Virus record (IMG/VR): IMGVR_UViG_3300017784_002410
Coordinates: 1-26,438 of that record
Reading direction: 5' to 3' (one strand)
Source of the DNA: a virus
Taxonomy: Duplodnaviria > Caudoviricetes
Length of the DNA stretch: 26,438 nucleotides
Below, in pieces: positions 6,883 to 15,548 of the stretch; position 1 is the first letter of the stretch, and the number at the start of each line of letters is the position of its first letter. The position numbers and the translations under genes were made by a program. The notes under the pieces are model-generated. The model did no database searches. It was not told the origin of the DNA and saw nothing but the letters and a program-made list of their open reading frames with translations.

Positions 6883-7601
6883 AAAAAATTTTCTAAACCT
6901 TCCACCTCAATCGTATGGTGAAAACCACACTTACCACAAGTTAATTCAAGTTTATCTTTTAGTCGTGGTAGGTTCTGGAAGAACTTTTCTACCTTTTCAA
7001 ATTGTTCTTGGTTCATATCCTCTACAAATGCCAACATTTCTCCAGGTTGTGCCTCATGTGCATAGTAGAATTGGTCACCATCATAAATGTATTCAATAGA
7101 TTGTGAAATCATATTGAAAGTTAGGTCATTAATATCTTCCATATTCAATGAATCTTTGACGATACCAAATTCTGGATATTTTAGTTTAATTGAAATTTTA
7201 TTGCTAAGTTGAATTTCAGGATTGATTCCCTCAGGCATCTTCACTTCAATCTTAGTGAGGTCAATATTCTTTTCCATAATATTACCACACTCTTTATCTT
7301 CAACAAAATTATTACAACGATAACGTGACTCTACAATCTCACCAACCGACTTGGCTCTAAGATTGATAAAGTAATATTCAATATCTGTGACAGGTAGTTT
7401 GTTAACATCTACATCTTCTGTTACCGTACAGTTGTTTAGTATATCAAAGATACACTGGTGTACAGTAGAAGAATCGGTTGATTCAATCGCCATCAATAAG
7501 TTTCTTTGTTCTTTGACAAGAAACGGTCTAAATTTGATTTTCTTTTTTGAGATAGGCAACACAATTTCATATGTCGGCACATCAAGTTTTGGTAAAGCCA
7601 T
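6876..7601 (-). CDS. 26: Baseplate hub subunit/assembly chaperone gp26
   Basis: MALPKL..PTY...LP, KFRPFLVKE, DIEY.F.NLRAKSVGE, Cys pairs, C-terminal EGLENFF; SD AAGGAG. Confidence 0.9.
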   Translation of the reverse strand: MALPKLDVPTYEIVLPISKKKIKFRPFLVKEQRNLLMAIESTDSSTVHQCIFDILNNCTVTEDVDVNKLPVTDIEYYFINLRAKSVGEIVESRYRCNNFVEDKECGNIMEKNIDLTKIEVKMPEGINPEIQLSNKISIKLKYPEFGIVKDSLNMEDINDLTFNMISQSIEYIYDGDQFYYAHEAQPGEMLAFVEDMNQEQFEKVEKFFQNLPRLKDKLELTCGKCGFHHTIEVEGLENFFV

Positions 7602-7620
7602 AATAACTCCTTATAATATA

Positions 7621-8268
7621 TTAAAATCCACTAAGCAAATCATTCTTTGTTTGGTCGACAATACCCGAAGAACCACCATCCAAACCACCCAAAGCCGAAG
7701 TAACAGAATTGATACCGGCATCGATAAGTTCCATTCCAAGTGCTTGTAAAGAATTGTTTTGCCAGTATGTGTAAGCAAATGTTACCGAAAGTTTATGATA
7801 ACTATCATCACCCCAATTTAAATCCATTTGATTCATAGAAATAGGAAAAGCCTCAACTAAATTAATTGAATAAGTCTTTTCACCAGAAACATCATATTGA
7901 TTGACCACAAGAGTTGTAGCATAATCACCTTTATATCGATAATTATTGTTGTACAGAGGGTTGATATAACTCATCCATGCATCAAAGAACACCTTTTGAC
8001 TCATATCATCATCAACGATGAATGTGAGGTCTAAATCATTATATGTGTTTAGATATGGAAATTTCTCAATCGGTCCATATGTCTTTTGTTCTGTTGTAGC
8101 GAATGTTCTACCTGGAAATTGAGCAGTTTCGCAACGATATATTAAACTTCTTGCTGAAGATACATAAGGAATAAGAGTCAACGGCACAGGAATTTCTACA
8201 TCAAACCTGTTGGTTCGTGCTACATCTTTGGTAAAACTTGCCTTGAAGTCGTTAATGTTACCTGCCAT
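7621..8268 (-). CDS. 54: Baseplate tail-tube initiator gp54 (gp19-like fold)
   Basis: ARTNRF.V.I, CETAQFPG, FFDAW, L.EAFP.S.....L.W, L.VTFAY..W; synteny with gp2 and gp26. Confidence 0.8.
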   Translation of the reverse strand: MAGNINDFKASFTKDVARTNRFDVEIPVPLTLIPYVSSARSLIYRCETAQFPGRTFATTEQKTYGPIEKFPYLNTYNDLDLTFIVDDDMSQKVFFDAWMSYINPLYNNNYRYKGDYATTLVVNQYDVSGEKTYSINLVEAFPISMNQMDLNWGDDSYHKLSVTFAYTYWQNNSLQALGMELIDAGINSVTSALGGLDGGSSGIVDQTKNDLLSGF

Positions 8269-8865
8269 TTAGTGTTTCCTTATTTCTTCCAATGATTCTT
8301 GCCACACCTTCTGTGCCTTGGCCTTTCTAAACTGCTGTATAGGCAGAAAAGCGGCAATGTCCCACTCATTAGGTTGGATGGCAAGTATTTTAGACTGTAT
8401 GTGACTTGTTAAATATTTTTTAACACATGGCCGAAACTCTTTAAGACTCTTGGAGGCGGTCAAAATGTCATAGGTGATTCGTAACCTTTGAATTTCACCC
8501 GCATCGTCCATGACTGCGAATTTCAATAACTTACCTAAAAATACCACTCTGTACTGGAATGGCAGGTAATGAAGGTTCAGTCCAAGAAAACCATCATTGT
8601 ACCTTTCTAATGTCAATACCATTGGAAAACGGTCATAATAATCTAACGTTTCTTTGCCTTTAGGGTCGTAATAGAAACAATAAAGTCCACCCAATTTAAA
8701 TCGTGTGGTATTTCTATATGTTTCTTTGCTGATACCTCTTGGTATAACACCAGGATTTTTAATCTCAGATATCCTTGAAGCTAACCACTTCAAAGATTCT
8801 TTTGACATCATCTGTAATTCAGCAGCTGAACGTTGTTTTGTTAGTTCTGTAAGTTTTGATTCCAT
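8269..8865 (-). CDS. 2: DNA end protector protein gp2
   Basis: G.LY.F.YDPKGK.TL.YYDRFP, GLNLHYLP, PCVKKYL..H, W..A..LP. Confidence 0.9.
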   Translation of the reverse strand: MESKLTELTKQRSAAELQMMSKESLKWLASRISEIKNPGVIPRGISKETYRNTTRFKLGGLYCFYYDPKGKETLDYYDRFPMVLTLERYNDGFLGLNLHYLPFQYRVVFLGKLLKFAVMDDAGEIQRLRITYDILTASKSLKEFRPCVKKYLTSHIQSKILAIQPNEWDIAAFLPIQQFRKAKAQKVWQESLEEIRKH

Positions 8866-8870
8866 AAGAT

Positions 8871-8878
8871 TATTTATG
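8871..8878 (-). promoter_or_regulatory. Late promoter candidate (CATAAATA) just upstream of gp2
   Basis: Minus strand CATAAATA-ATCTT-ATG in the 13-nt gp4/gp2 gap. Confidence 0.6.
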
Positions 8879-9313
8879 TTATAGTCCTAGGTGTTCCTCA
8901 GTCATAATTTTGAATTGCCATCCACGGTCTAAACAATATTCTTCTGCTGCTTTCCATTTGGCTTGGTTCACACCCCATGTCGTAACCTCAGTAATATATT
9001 GTTTTGTAATCCGTCTTTGTTGCATTGGAGGTTGTGTTTGTTTCTTTGGTTTGACCTCAATCATCAAAGTTTTTAATTGTCCTTCTTTGTTACGAACTTT
9101 AACCAAGAAATCTGGAAAGTATCTGTGTAGACGATTGTCAACTGGAGATATATAAGGTACAATCAATTCTTCTGAAGCCCACGATATTATATCACGGTTT
9201 CGGTCGAGCCAGTCCATCACTCTACATTCCCATGAAGAGCGATAAACAATATTGTTGGGGTCTCCAACGTATTTTTTAGGATTTTTAGGTCTGAATAGTC
9301 CGGAATATGCCAT
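8879..9313 (-). CDS. 4: Head completion nuclease gp4 (TnsA-N-like PD-(D/E)xK)
   Basis: Y.G.F.PKNP.KY.GD...I.YRSSWE, W.SEE..VPY, RYFPDF, IEVKP, N.AKW.AA, F.I.TE. Confidence 0.93.
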   Translation of the reverse strand: MAYSGLFRPKNPKKYVGDPNNIVYRSSWECRVMDWLDRNRDIISWASEELIVPYISPVDNRLHRYFPDFLVKVRNKEGQLKTLMIEVKPKKQTQPPMQQRRITKQYITEVTTWGVNQAKWKAAEEYCLDRGWQFKIMTEEHLGL

Positions 9314-9318
9314 AAATA
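9311..9318 (+). promoter_or_regulatory. Late promoter candidate for the baseplate operon
   Basis: CATAAATA overlapping the gp4 start codon at the 35-nt divergent gap, 30 nt before the gp48 ATG. Confidence 0.6.
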
Positions 9319-9348
9319 TATGTATAATTAATTAATAAGAGATTTCCA

Positions 9349-10314
9349 ATGGCCTTAATTTCAATTCCATCTTCTATCGGTGGTGTAAATATACCTGGTG
9401 CCTTAGTCAAAGGACCACTAGGTGCATTATTTGGTAGTAAATATAACAAAGACACTTTACAATATCCAAGTGATTTGAGTTCTGCTACTAAAGGTCATGT
9501 AGTACAATTCTTTATCAATGAAATAGTTCCCATAAGCTTTCAAGAAGTCAATAATGTTAATGTTACTGGTGGCCAAGTAGTCACAGAAGGTGGCCAAGTA
9601 GTCAATAAAGTAGTCAATACAGGATTGAACATTTTGGACACGTTTAAAACTGTTAATTTAGAATTAAAACCACAAACCAAAAGATTAGAATCGTCAATAT
9701 CATTATATATTCCAGATACCGTCAACTTTACTTATAATTCTTCCTATGGCAATTTAAGTTTGTTGGATGTTGCTAAAGAAATCGCAGGTGGTGTTAATTT
9801 TGCTAAAAAAGACAATCCTATACTATCTAAACTCAATAAGTATGGAAACTTACTTTCAGCTGGAATCTCAGCATCTCAATCGAGTGCAGCAAAATTATTG
9901 TTACGCTCACAAGGCCTTGCAATCAATCCAAACCAACAATTGATGTTTGATGGTATTGATTTTAGAACTTATCAAATGGCTTTTACTTTCACACCATATA
10001 CCAGACAAGAAGCCGAAACAGTAAAAAAGATTATTAAAAAGTTTAAATATCATGCAGCACCAAAGATTACAACTGCTGGTGCCGGTATGTTCTTTATTCC
10101 TCCTTCCACATTTGATGTTAGTTTTATGTTCAATGGTAAAATGAATAGAAATGTCAATAAAGTTGCTGAGAGTGTTTTAGAGAGTGTAGATGTGAATTAT
10201 GCACCTAATGGATGGGCAGCTCATGATGATGGTGCACCAGTACAAACTACCTTAACACTCAGCTTCAGAGAGATGGAACTCATCGACAAAACTAAAATCA
10301 ATGATGGATATTAA
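9349..10314 (+). CDS. 48: Baseplate tail-tube cap gp48
   Basis: LQYP.DL, ISLYIP, AINP....F.GIDFR.Y...F.F.P....EA..V..II..FK, L.SVDVNYAP, L.L.F.E.E. Confidence 0.88.
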   Translation: MALISIPSSIGGVNIPGALVKGPLGALFGSKYNKDTLQYPSDLSSATKGHVVQFFINEIVPISFQEVNNVNVTGGQVVTEGGQVVNKVVNTGLNILDTFKTVNLELKPQTKRLESSISLYIPDTVNFTYNSSYGNLSLLDVAKEIAGGVNFAKKDNPILSKLNKYGNLLSAGISASQSSAAKLLLRSQGLAINPNQQLMFDGIDFRTYQMAFTFTPYTRQEAETVKKIIKKFKYHAAPKITTAGAGMFFIPPSTFDVSFMFNGKMNRNVNKVAESVLESVDVNYAPNGWAAHDDGAPVQTTLTLSFREMELIDKTKINDGY

Positions 10315-10316
10315 AA

Positions 10317-10919
10317 ATGCAATATTTTGACATTTTACCTAAATTAATACATACAGACTCTATTGGTACATCAAAAATTGTCACCAATCTTATGTCGAGA
10401 GTTTCTATAATTCCACAATTACTAAAGAATCCACTAAACTATTATGAATATGATATACAAGATGGTGATACACCAGAAATAATTGCACATAAGTATTATG
10501 GCGATTCATATCGTTATTGGATTGTGATGCTGTCTAATGAATTAATGGATCCACAATGGGATTGGCCAATGAACAATAGAGTATTTTCCAAATATTTGGA
10601 AAATAAATATCCCAACATTCAAACATCTTCTACAATACATTATTATGAAAAAATCATTACACAATATGATACCGATTCAATGACTACAACAATAAATAAA
10701 ATTCAAATAACTGAAGATGTTTATAATGGATCGCCAAACTCACAAACAACAACTTATACATTACCGGCTGGTGATGTTGTCGTAACTGTTGAGACAAATG
10801 CTTTATCAATATATGATTATGAATTAGAATTAAATGAGGCTAAAAGAAATATAAAATTACTTAATGCAACTTATGTTGGTCAAATTGAAACAGAATATCA
10901 GAAACTAATGAGTGTATAA
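10317..10919 (+). CDS. 53: Baseplate wedge subunit gp53 (LysM-like)
   Basis: YF...P, Y.IQDGDTPE.IA.KYYGD...YWIV...N...DP..DWP, YDYE..LNE.KR.IKLL. Confidence 0.92.
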   Translation: MQYFDILPKLIHTDSIGTSKIVTNLMSRVSIIPQLLKNPLNYYEYDIQDGDTPEIIAHKYYGDSYRYWIVMLSNELMDPQWDWPMNNRVFSKYLENKYPNIQTSSTIHYYEKIITQYDTDSMTTTINKIQITEDVYNGSPNSQTTTYTLPAGDVVVTVETNALSIYDYELELNEAKRNIKLLNATYVGQIETEYQKLMSV

Positions 10920-10921
10920 TT

Positions 10922-12289
10922 ATGGCTGATACAAACTTAAATACGGTTGAAACTCCTGGTATTTTTTATCCACAAGATTTTTCGTTAAAAACTTTAAATT
11001 TTCTGACTGGCAGTGGCCAAAAGATTGAACTTAAAAAATTAATGATAGAGTTGTGTTATTATGAAGACATTTACAACTTTGTAACATCTGGTTACATTAC
11101 GCTTATTGATGCTCAAGGTTTTATCGAATTGATGAGAATAACTGGTAATGAATACATTGAAGTCAATTTTGGTAAAGTGAGAGACGGTAAAAATAATAAT
11201 GACCAGGTATTCAGAGTTTACAAATCCAGTAACAGAAAACCTAGTGGTAATCAAAATAGTGAAGTTTATACATTATATTTTTGTTCCGAAGAACTTCTAT
11301 TATCGGAACAAACAAAAATAAGTAAATCTTTTAAAGGTGGTTATATATCAAGTATTGTCAAAGAAGTTCTGTTGAATAATCTAAAAGTATCCTCAAAAAG
11401 AATTTATAAAATAGAACAGACTACAGGTGTTTACGATTTTATTATACCAAATTTAAAACCACTGGAAACAATTAGTTGGCTTTCAACCTATGGCCGACCA
11501 CAAAAGTTTCCTGGTGCTGATATGTTATTTTTTGAAACGAAAGATGGTTTTAATTTTAGGTCATTACAATCAATGTTTAGTGATCCGGTTTATGCCACAT
11601 ACAAATATGAACCAAAAAATATCGACAAAAAACGCCAATCGTTTCAATCAAAAACTTTTAGTGTGTTGAATTATGAAATAACCAAGCCGTTTGATGCATT
11701 GAATGAAATTAATTCTGGTACGATTGCCAACAAATTGATATCTATCGACCCATTGACCAGAACAGTTAAAACAACAAACTTTGATTATGAAAAATACAAA
11801 AGTCAGGGTACTACACTTAACAAAAATGGTGTACAAGATACATTGAGAAACAGATTGGGTAAAAAAGAGAATGAATCATATGAGGGTGTTTTGAAGGTCA
11901 GTATTGGTAATGCCGGTCAGAGAAATTTTTCATATATTAAACAGGCTGAAGATGGTGTTGCACAAGATATATTTGTAGAAACTTATATTCCAAATAGAAC
12001 AGCACAAATATCTTTGGCCAACTTCACAACAATTAAAGCAACAATACCTGGAGATCCAGGCATCACTGCTGGCCGAACAATACAATTCGATTTATTGACA
12101 TTAAAACCTGGAAATGAAAGAGATTTGGATAAATTCTATTCAGGTAAATATTTGGTAACAGCAGTAAGACATATCATACAACAAGGTGCATATCAAACTG
12201 TGATTGAAATTTGTAAAGATAGTTCACCAACTGCACTACCAGCTATTAATAATGATACGGCAGCAATGAAAGCAGCAATATATGCATAA
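10922..12289 (+). CDS. Baseplate hub protein (gp27/gpD-like)
   Basis: YEDI....SG...L.DA, LFFETKDGFNFRSL, IPGDPGITAG, SGKYLVTAVRH; position between gp53 and gp5. Confidence 0.7.
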   Translation: MADTNLNTVETPGIFYPQDFSLKTLNFLTGSGQKIELKKLMIELCYYEDIYNFVTSGYITLIDAQGFIELMRITGNEYIEVNFGKVRDGKNNNDQVFRVYKSSNRKPSGNQNSEVYTLYFCSEELLLSEQTKISKSFKGGYISSIVKEVLLNNLKVSSKRIYKIEQTTGVYDFIIPNLKPLETISWLSTYGRPQKFPGADMLFFETKDGFNFRSLQSMFSDPVYATYKYEPKNIDKKRQSFQSKTFSVLNYEITKPFDALNEINSGTIANKLISIDPLTRTVKTTNFDYEKYKSQGTTLNKNGVQDTLRNRLGKKENESYEGVLKVSIGNAGQRNFSYIKQAEDGVAQDIFVETYIPNRTAQISLANFTTIKATIPGDPGITAGRTIQFDLLTLKPGNERDLDKFYSGKYLVTAVRHIIQQGAYQTVIEICKDSSPTALPAINNDTAAMKAAIYA

Positions 12290-13223
12290 TTTCATAGGTA
12301 AAGACGGGTTTAACTGGTGGGTTGGTGTCGTAGAAGACAGAATGGATCCTTTAAAGATGGGTCGGTGTCGTGTGCGTATATTTGGTCATCATACAGAAAA
12401 TAAAGAACTTCTACCTACGGTAGATTTACCGTGGGCTCAAACAATATTACCAACGAATGCGTCAAAACATATTGCGCCACCTAAAGAAGGTGAATTTGTA
12501 ACAGGTTATTTTCTTGATGGTGACTCAGCACAGGCTCCAATTATGACAGGTGTTATACCTGGATTAAAGGCGTCTACAGGCGGTGATGCTGGTTTCCAAG
12601 ACCCACGTACACCAGAACAAATAAAGGCTGCACCAAAACCACCTGCAGGTATAGTTTTAGAGTCGGTTGGTCAACCTACAGTTCCACCAATTGCTAGAAG
12701 TGTCGTTTTAGGTACATCACAAGGCGCTGCAGCCAATAATAGAATACACAATTGTGACATATGTGCCGAACTAGACAAAGATGTAGCCGTATTAAAATCT
12801 AAGGTTATGGGATTAGTTAAATCTCTTAGACTTGCTGCTGAAGCTTTATTTGCTGGTACATCATCAACACCAATAGTAGAAGAAGCCAAAGCAATTATTA
12901 AGGCCATACAAACAAAAATTAAATTAATACAAAAAGAATTAAAACCTATCATCGATGAAATTAAAGCATATCAGGCGTATATTGCTTATTTACAAAAATT
13001 GATAGCCTACATAAACAGTCTACCTGCTGAATTACGAAAAATATTCGAACAGTGTTTGGCTGAAGCTAATGCTTCTTTAAAACAAGCGCTATCAGCTTCT
13101 TCAGCTTTGACAGATGCATCAGCATCATTAACTGCAGCAACAAAAGCAGCACAAGATATAATTGATGCAAATTCTGAAACGGCTAGTGGAAATACAGCAA
13201 TCGTTACAGCACAAATATCATAG
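12282..13223 (+). CDS. 5: gp5 N-terminal OB-fold protein with helical C-terminal extension (no lysozyme domain)
   Basis: F.WWVGVVEDRMDPLKMGRCRVRIFG.H, LPT.DLPWA, V.GYFLDG..AQ.P...G; then HNCDIC and a long amphipathic helical region. Confidence 0.88.
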   Translation: MHNFIGKDGFNWWVGVVEDRMDPLKMGRCRVRIFGHHTENKELLPTVDLPWAQTILPTNASKHIAPPKEGEFVTGYFLDGDSAQAPIMTGVIPGLKASTGGDAGFQDPRTPEQIKAAPKPPAGIVLESVGQPTVPPIARSVVLGTSQGAAANNRIHNCDICAELDKDVAVLKSKVMGLVKSLRLAAEALFAGTSSTPIVEEAKAIIKAIQTKIKLIQKELKPIIDEIKAYQAYIAYLQKLIAYINSLPAELRKIFEQCLAEANASLKQALSASSALTDASASLTAATKAAQDIIDANSETASGNTAIVTAQIS

Positions 13224-13232
13224 GAAAATATA

Positions 13233-13976
13233 ATGGCATTAGATAGTTCGTTTACAGAACCGGTTATAGTGGATCCAAAAAATCCACCAGCCTATCCGTA
13301 TAATCAAGTACAACAATCGGAATCTGGACATTCAATTGAAATGGATGACACACCGGAGAGAGAAAGACTACGATTGCAACACCGTTCAGGTACATTCTTA
13401 GAGATGCAACCAAATGGTGATGAAGTACATAAAATTTATGGTGATGGATATGAAATTATCTACGGTAAAAAGAATGTACAAATCAACGGTCAATGTAATA
13501 TTACTGTCAATGGTGCCTGTGTGGTAAATATTAAAGGTGATTCTGTAATGAATATAGGTGGTGATGTTACACAAAAGGTTGCTGGTGATGTTACACAAAC
13601 AGTTTCAGGTACAACCACTATTGCTGGTGACGGTGATATAGACATTTCTTCTTCTGGTGATATCAGTCTGTTAGCAGGAAATATCAATATCGATGGAGAC
13701 TTGAATGTAAGTGGTAGTATTGCCGCAACACAAAGTATATCTGCTGTCGGTAACGTAGAGGCAGGCCTACAATCTTACGCCACATTAGGTTTTGTAACTC
13801 CTGGTTATGTAAGTGCTGGTTCTCCAGTTCCTTTGAATCCATATCCAGGTTGGGTATCAGGTCTTATGGTTACTGATATAGTAAGGACTTTGATGGCGGA
13901 TAGAATTAAATTCTCTATTCACACACATATTGACAGTATAGGTGGAATTACAACACCTCCGCTGCAGCCAATGTAA
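13233..13976 (+). CDS. 5: gp5 C-terminal part: beta-helix central spike with HxH tip
   Basis: YPYN.V..SESGH..E.DDTP..ER....HRSGTF.E..P.G, 8-residue V.GD repeats, C-terminal HTH..SIGG.T.PP. Confidence 0.88.
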   Translation: MALDSSFTEPVIVDPKNPPAYPYNQVQQSESGHSIEMDDTPERERLRLQHRSGTFLEMQPNGDEVHKIYGDGYEIIYGKKNVQINGQCNITVNGACVVNIKGDSVMNIGGDVTQKVAGDVTQTVSGTTTIAGDGDIDISSSGDISLLAGNINIDGDLNVSGSIAATQSISAVGNVEAGLQSYATLGFVTPGYVSAGSPVPLNPYPGWVSGLMVTDIVRTLMADRIKFSIHTHIDSIGGITTPPLQPM

Positions 13977-13987
13977 TGGAGAAATGA

Positions 13988-15133
13988 ATGGGTGTTTTTA
14001 ATAGATTAGGTTATACTTTCGATTCCACCAAATTTGGAGATGGAAACTCTTTTACTGCGGGTCAGGCATTATTACTGAATTCTACACCATCGATTAAGGC
14101 TTGGCAAGCAGATGACTTAGCTAATGTTGCGGTTACTGGATACTATCAAAATCCACATTCAGCTAATTTGACAATACTGACCACATTAGTTAATCAGATA
14201 AAAGCAAATTCAAATACATCAAATATCACTTTCACAACAGCCAGTGCTCGAGCAAATGTTTTAAGTGCCAATGCCAATACCTTATTAATTGAAATTTCAA
14301 GTTTTACAGACCACACAAATAGGATTTCTGGAGTAACTCCATCATCGAATGTGGCCAATACTCCTGATTATCAATCTGCTATAACGATTGGTAGACAGGT
14401 ATTAACTATAGTCAATCAAATTGATGGTGTACAAAATAATGCTCCACTATTAGGTAACTTTACCAGTTTGGCCATTGGTGGTGATATATCAAATACTATA
14501 ACTTTACTGACTAGAGATTTGGCAACATTGAATACTAGCATATCTGGTGGAGCTTCTAGTATATCTAATACCACAATGAATACTATTATTCTTGATGTAC
14601 AATCAGCATATAGTTTACTGAATGGTAGAAGGACTGGAGATGTAAACTTTTATGTAAATTCTCTATATTTGGTGAATGATTACAATAATGTATCACAATT
14701 CGATAATATAGGCGTGAATTCAAACTACCTAATCAATACATTGAATATTGGTACAGATAAGTTAAAGAACAACTTACAAACCTCGACTGTAGTGCCAACG
14801 ATAGTTAATTCTAGCACAACTACAACTTCTACAACCACGGTGAATGCTACATATTCATCGGTTTCTCCAGGTTTAAGTCCGACTGGTGTATCCGCCGGAA
14901 CGTATGTATCACCAGCAAATCTGGTCGTTGATGCTTATGGCCGAGTAACTTCAGTGAGTAATAGTGGACCAATAGCCGCAAATACAGCAAACAGTTTCAG
15001 TTCTGGTTCCTGGACAATAACACAATCGGGAACCAAATTGAATTTTGCTTATGGTAGTATAACAGTATTTTCCATAGATTCAACAGGTAATATCATAGCT
15101 AAGGCTGATATGACTGCATTTGGTACTCCTTGA
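13988..15133 (+). CDS. Hypothetical virion protein with fibre-like C-terminal module
   Basis: 381 aa, N/T/S-rich; Thr linker followed by TGVSAGTY...VDAYGRVTS and WTITQSGTKL.F......FSIDSTGN, motifs typical of phage fibres. Confidence 0.6.
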   Translation: MGVFNRLGYTFDSTKFGDGNSFTAGQALLLNSTPSIKAWQADDLANVAVTGYYQNPHSANLTILTTLVNQIKANSNTSNITFTTASARANVLSANANTLLIEISSFTDHTNRISGVTPSSNVANTPDYQSAITIGRQVLTIVNQIDGVQNNAPLLGNFTSLAIGGDISNTITLLTRDLATLNTSISGGASSISNTTMNTIILDVQSAYSLLNGRRTGDVNFYVNSLYLVNDYNNVSQFDNIGVNSNYLINTLNIGTDKLKNNLQTSTVVPTIVNSSTTTTSTTTVNATYSSVSPGLSPTGVSAGTYVSPANLVVDAYGRVTSVSNSGPIAANTANSFSSGSWTITQSGTKLNFAYGSITVFSIDSTGNIIAKADMTAFGTP

Positions 15134-15143
15134 CCGTAACTCA

Positions 15144-15151
15144 ACTAAATA
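15144..15151 (+). promoter_or_regulatory. Late promoter candidate upstream of gp25
   Basis: ACTAAATA-AAAG-ATG in the intergenic gap; no SD. Confidence 0.55.
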
Positions 15152-15155
15152 AAAG

Positions 15156-15548
15156 ATGGCAAACTTAAGCAAAATCTACTCTGATATCGACTTTACTTTC
15201 ACTAAAAAACCTGTGACGGGTGATGTTGCTCTCAGTTATGATACTCAGGCAGTCATTCGTTCCATCCGTAATCTGTTGTTGACTAGGAACTATGAAAGGC
15301 CATTTAATCCCGATTTAGGTTCTAGTTTAGATGCTTTATTATTTGAAATGATTTCTCCTCTCACAGCAACAGTAATAGAGAGAGAAATACAAACAATGGT
15401 TGAAAATTATGAACCAAGAGCAACGATTGATACTGTTACGGTGACACCATTAACGGACCAAAATGCTTATAACATTTTTTTGTCATTCTACATAGAAAAT
15501 GCTACATTACCAACAACAGTAACACTCCTTTTAGAGAGAAATAGATAA
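15156..15548 (+). CDS. 25: Baseplate wedge subunit gp25
   Basis: YSDIDF.F...PVTGD, A...SIRNL.LT...ERPF.P..GS.L..LLFE, ENYEPR. Confidence 0.95.
   Translation: MANLSKIYSDIDFTFTKKPVTGDVALSYDTQAVIRSIRNLLLTRNYERPFNPDLGSSLDALLFEMISPLTATVIEREIQTMVENYEPRATIDTVTVTPLTDQNAYNIFLSFYIENATLPTTVTLLLERNR

Noticed and set aside
13560-13599. Direct repeat GGTGATGTTACACAAA x2
   Set aside because: Explained by the 8-residue beta-helix repeat of gp5C.
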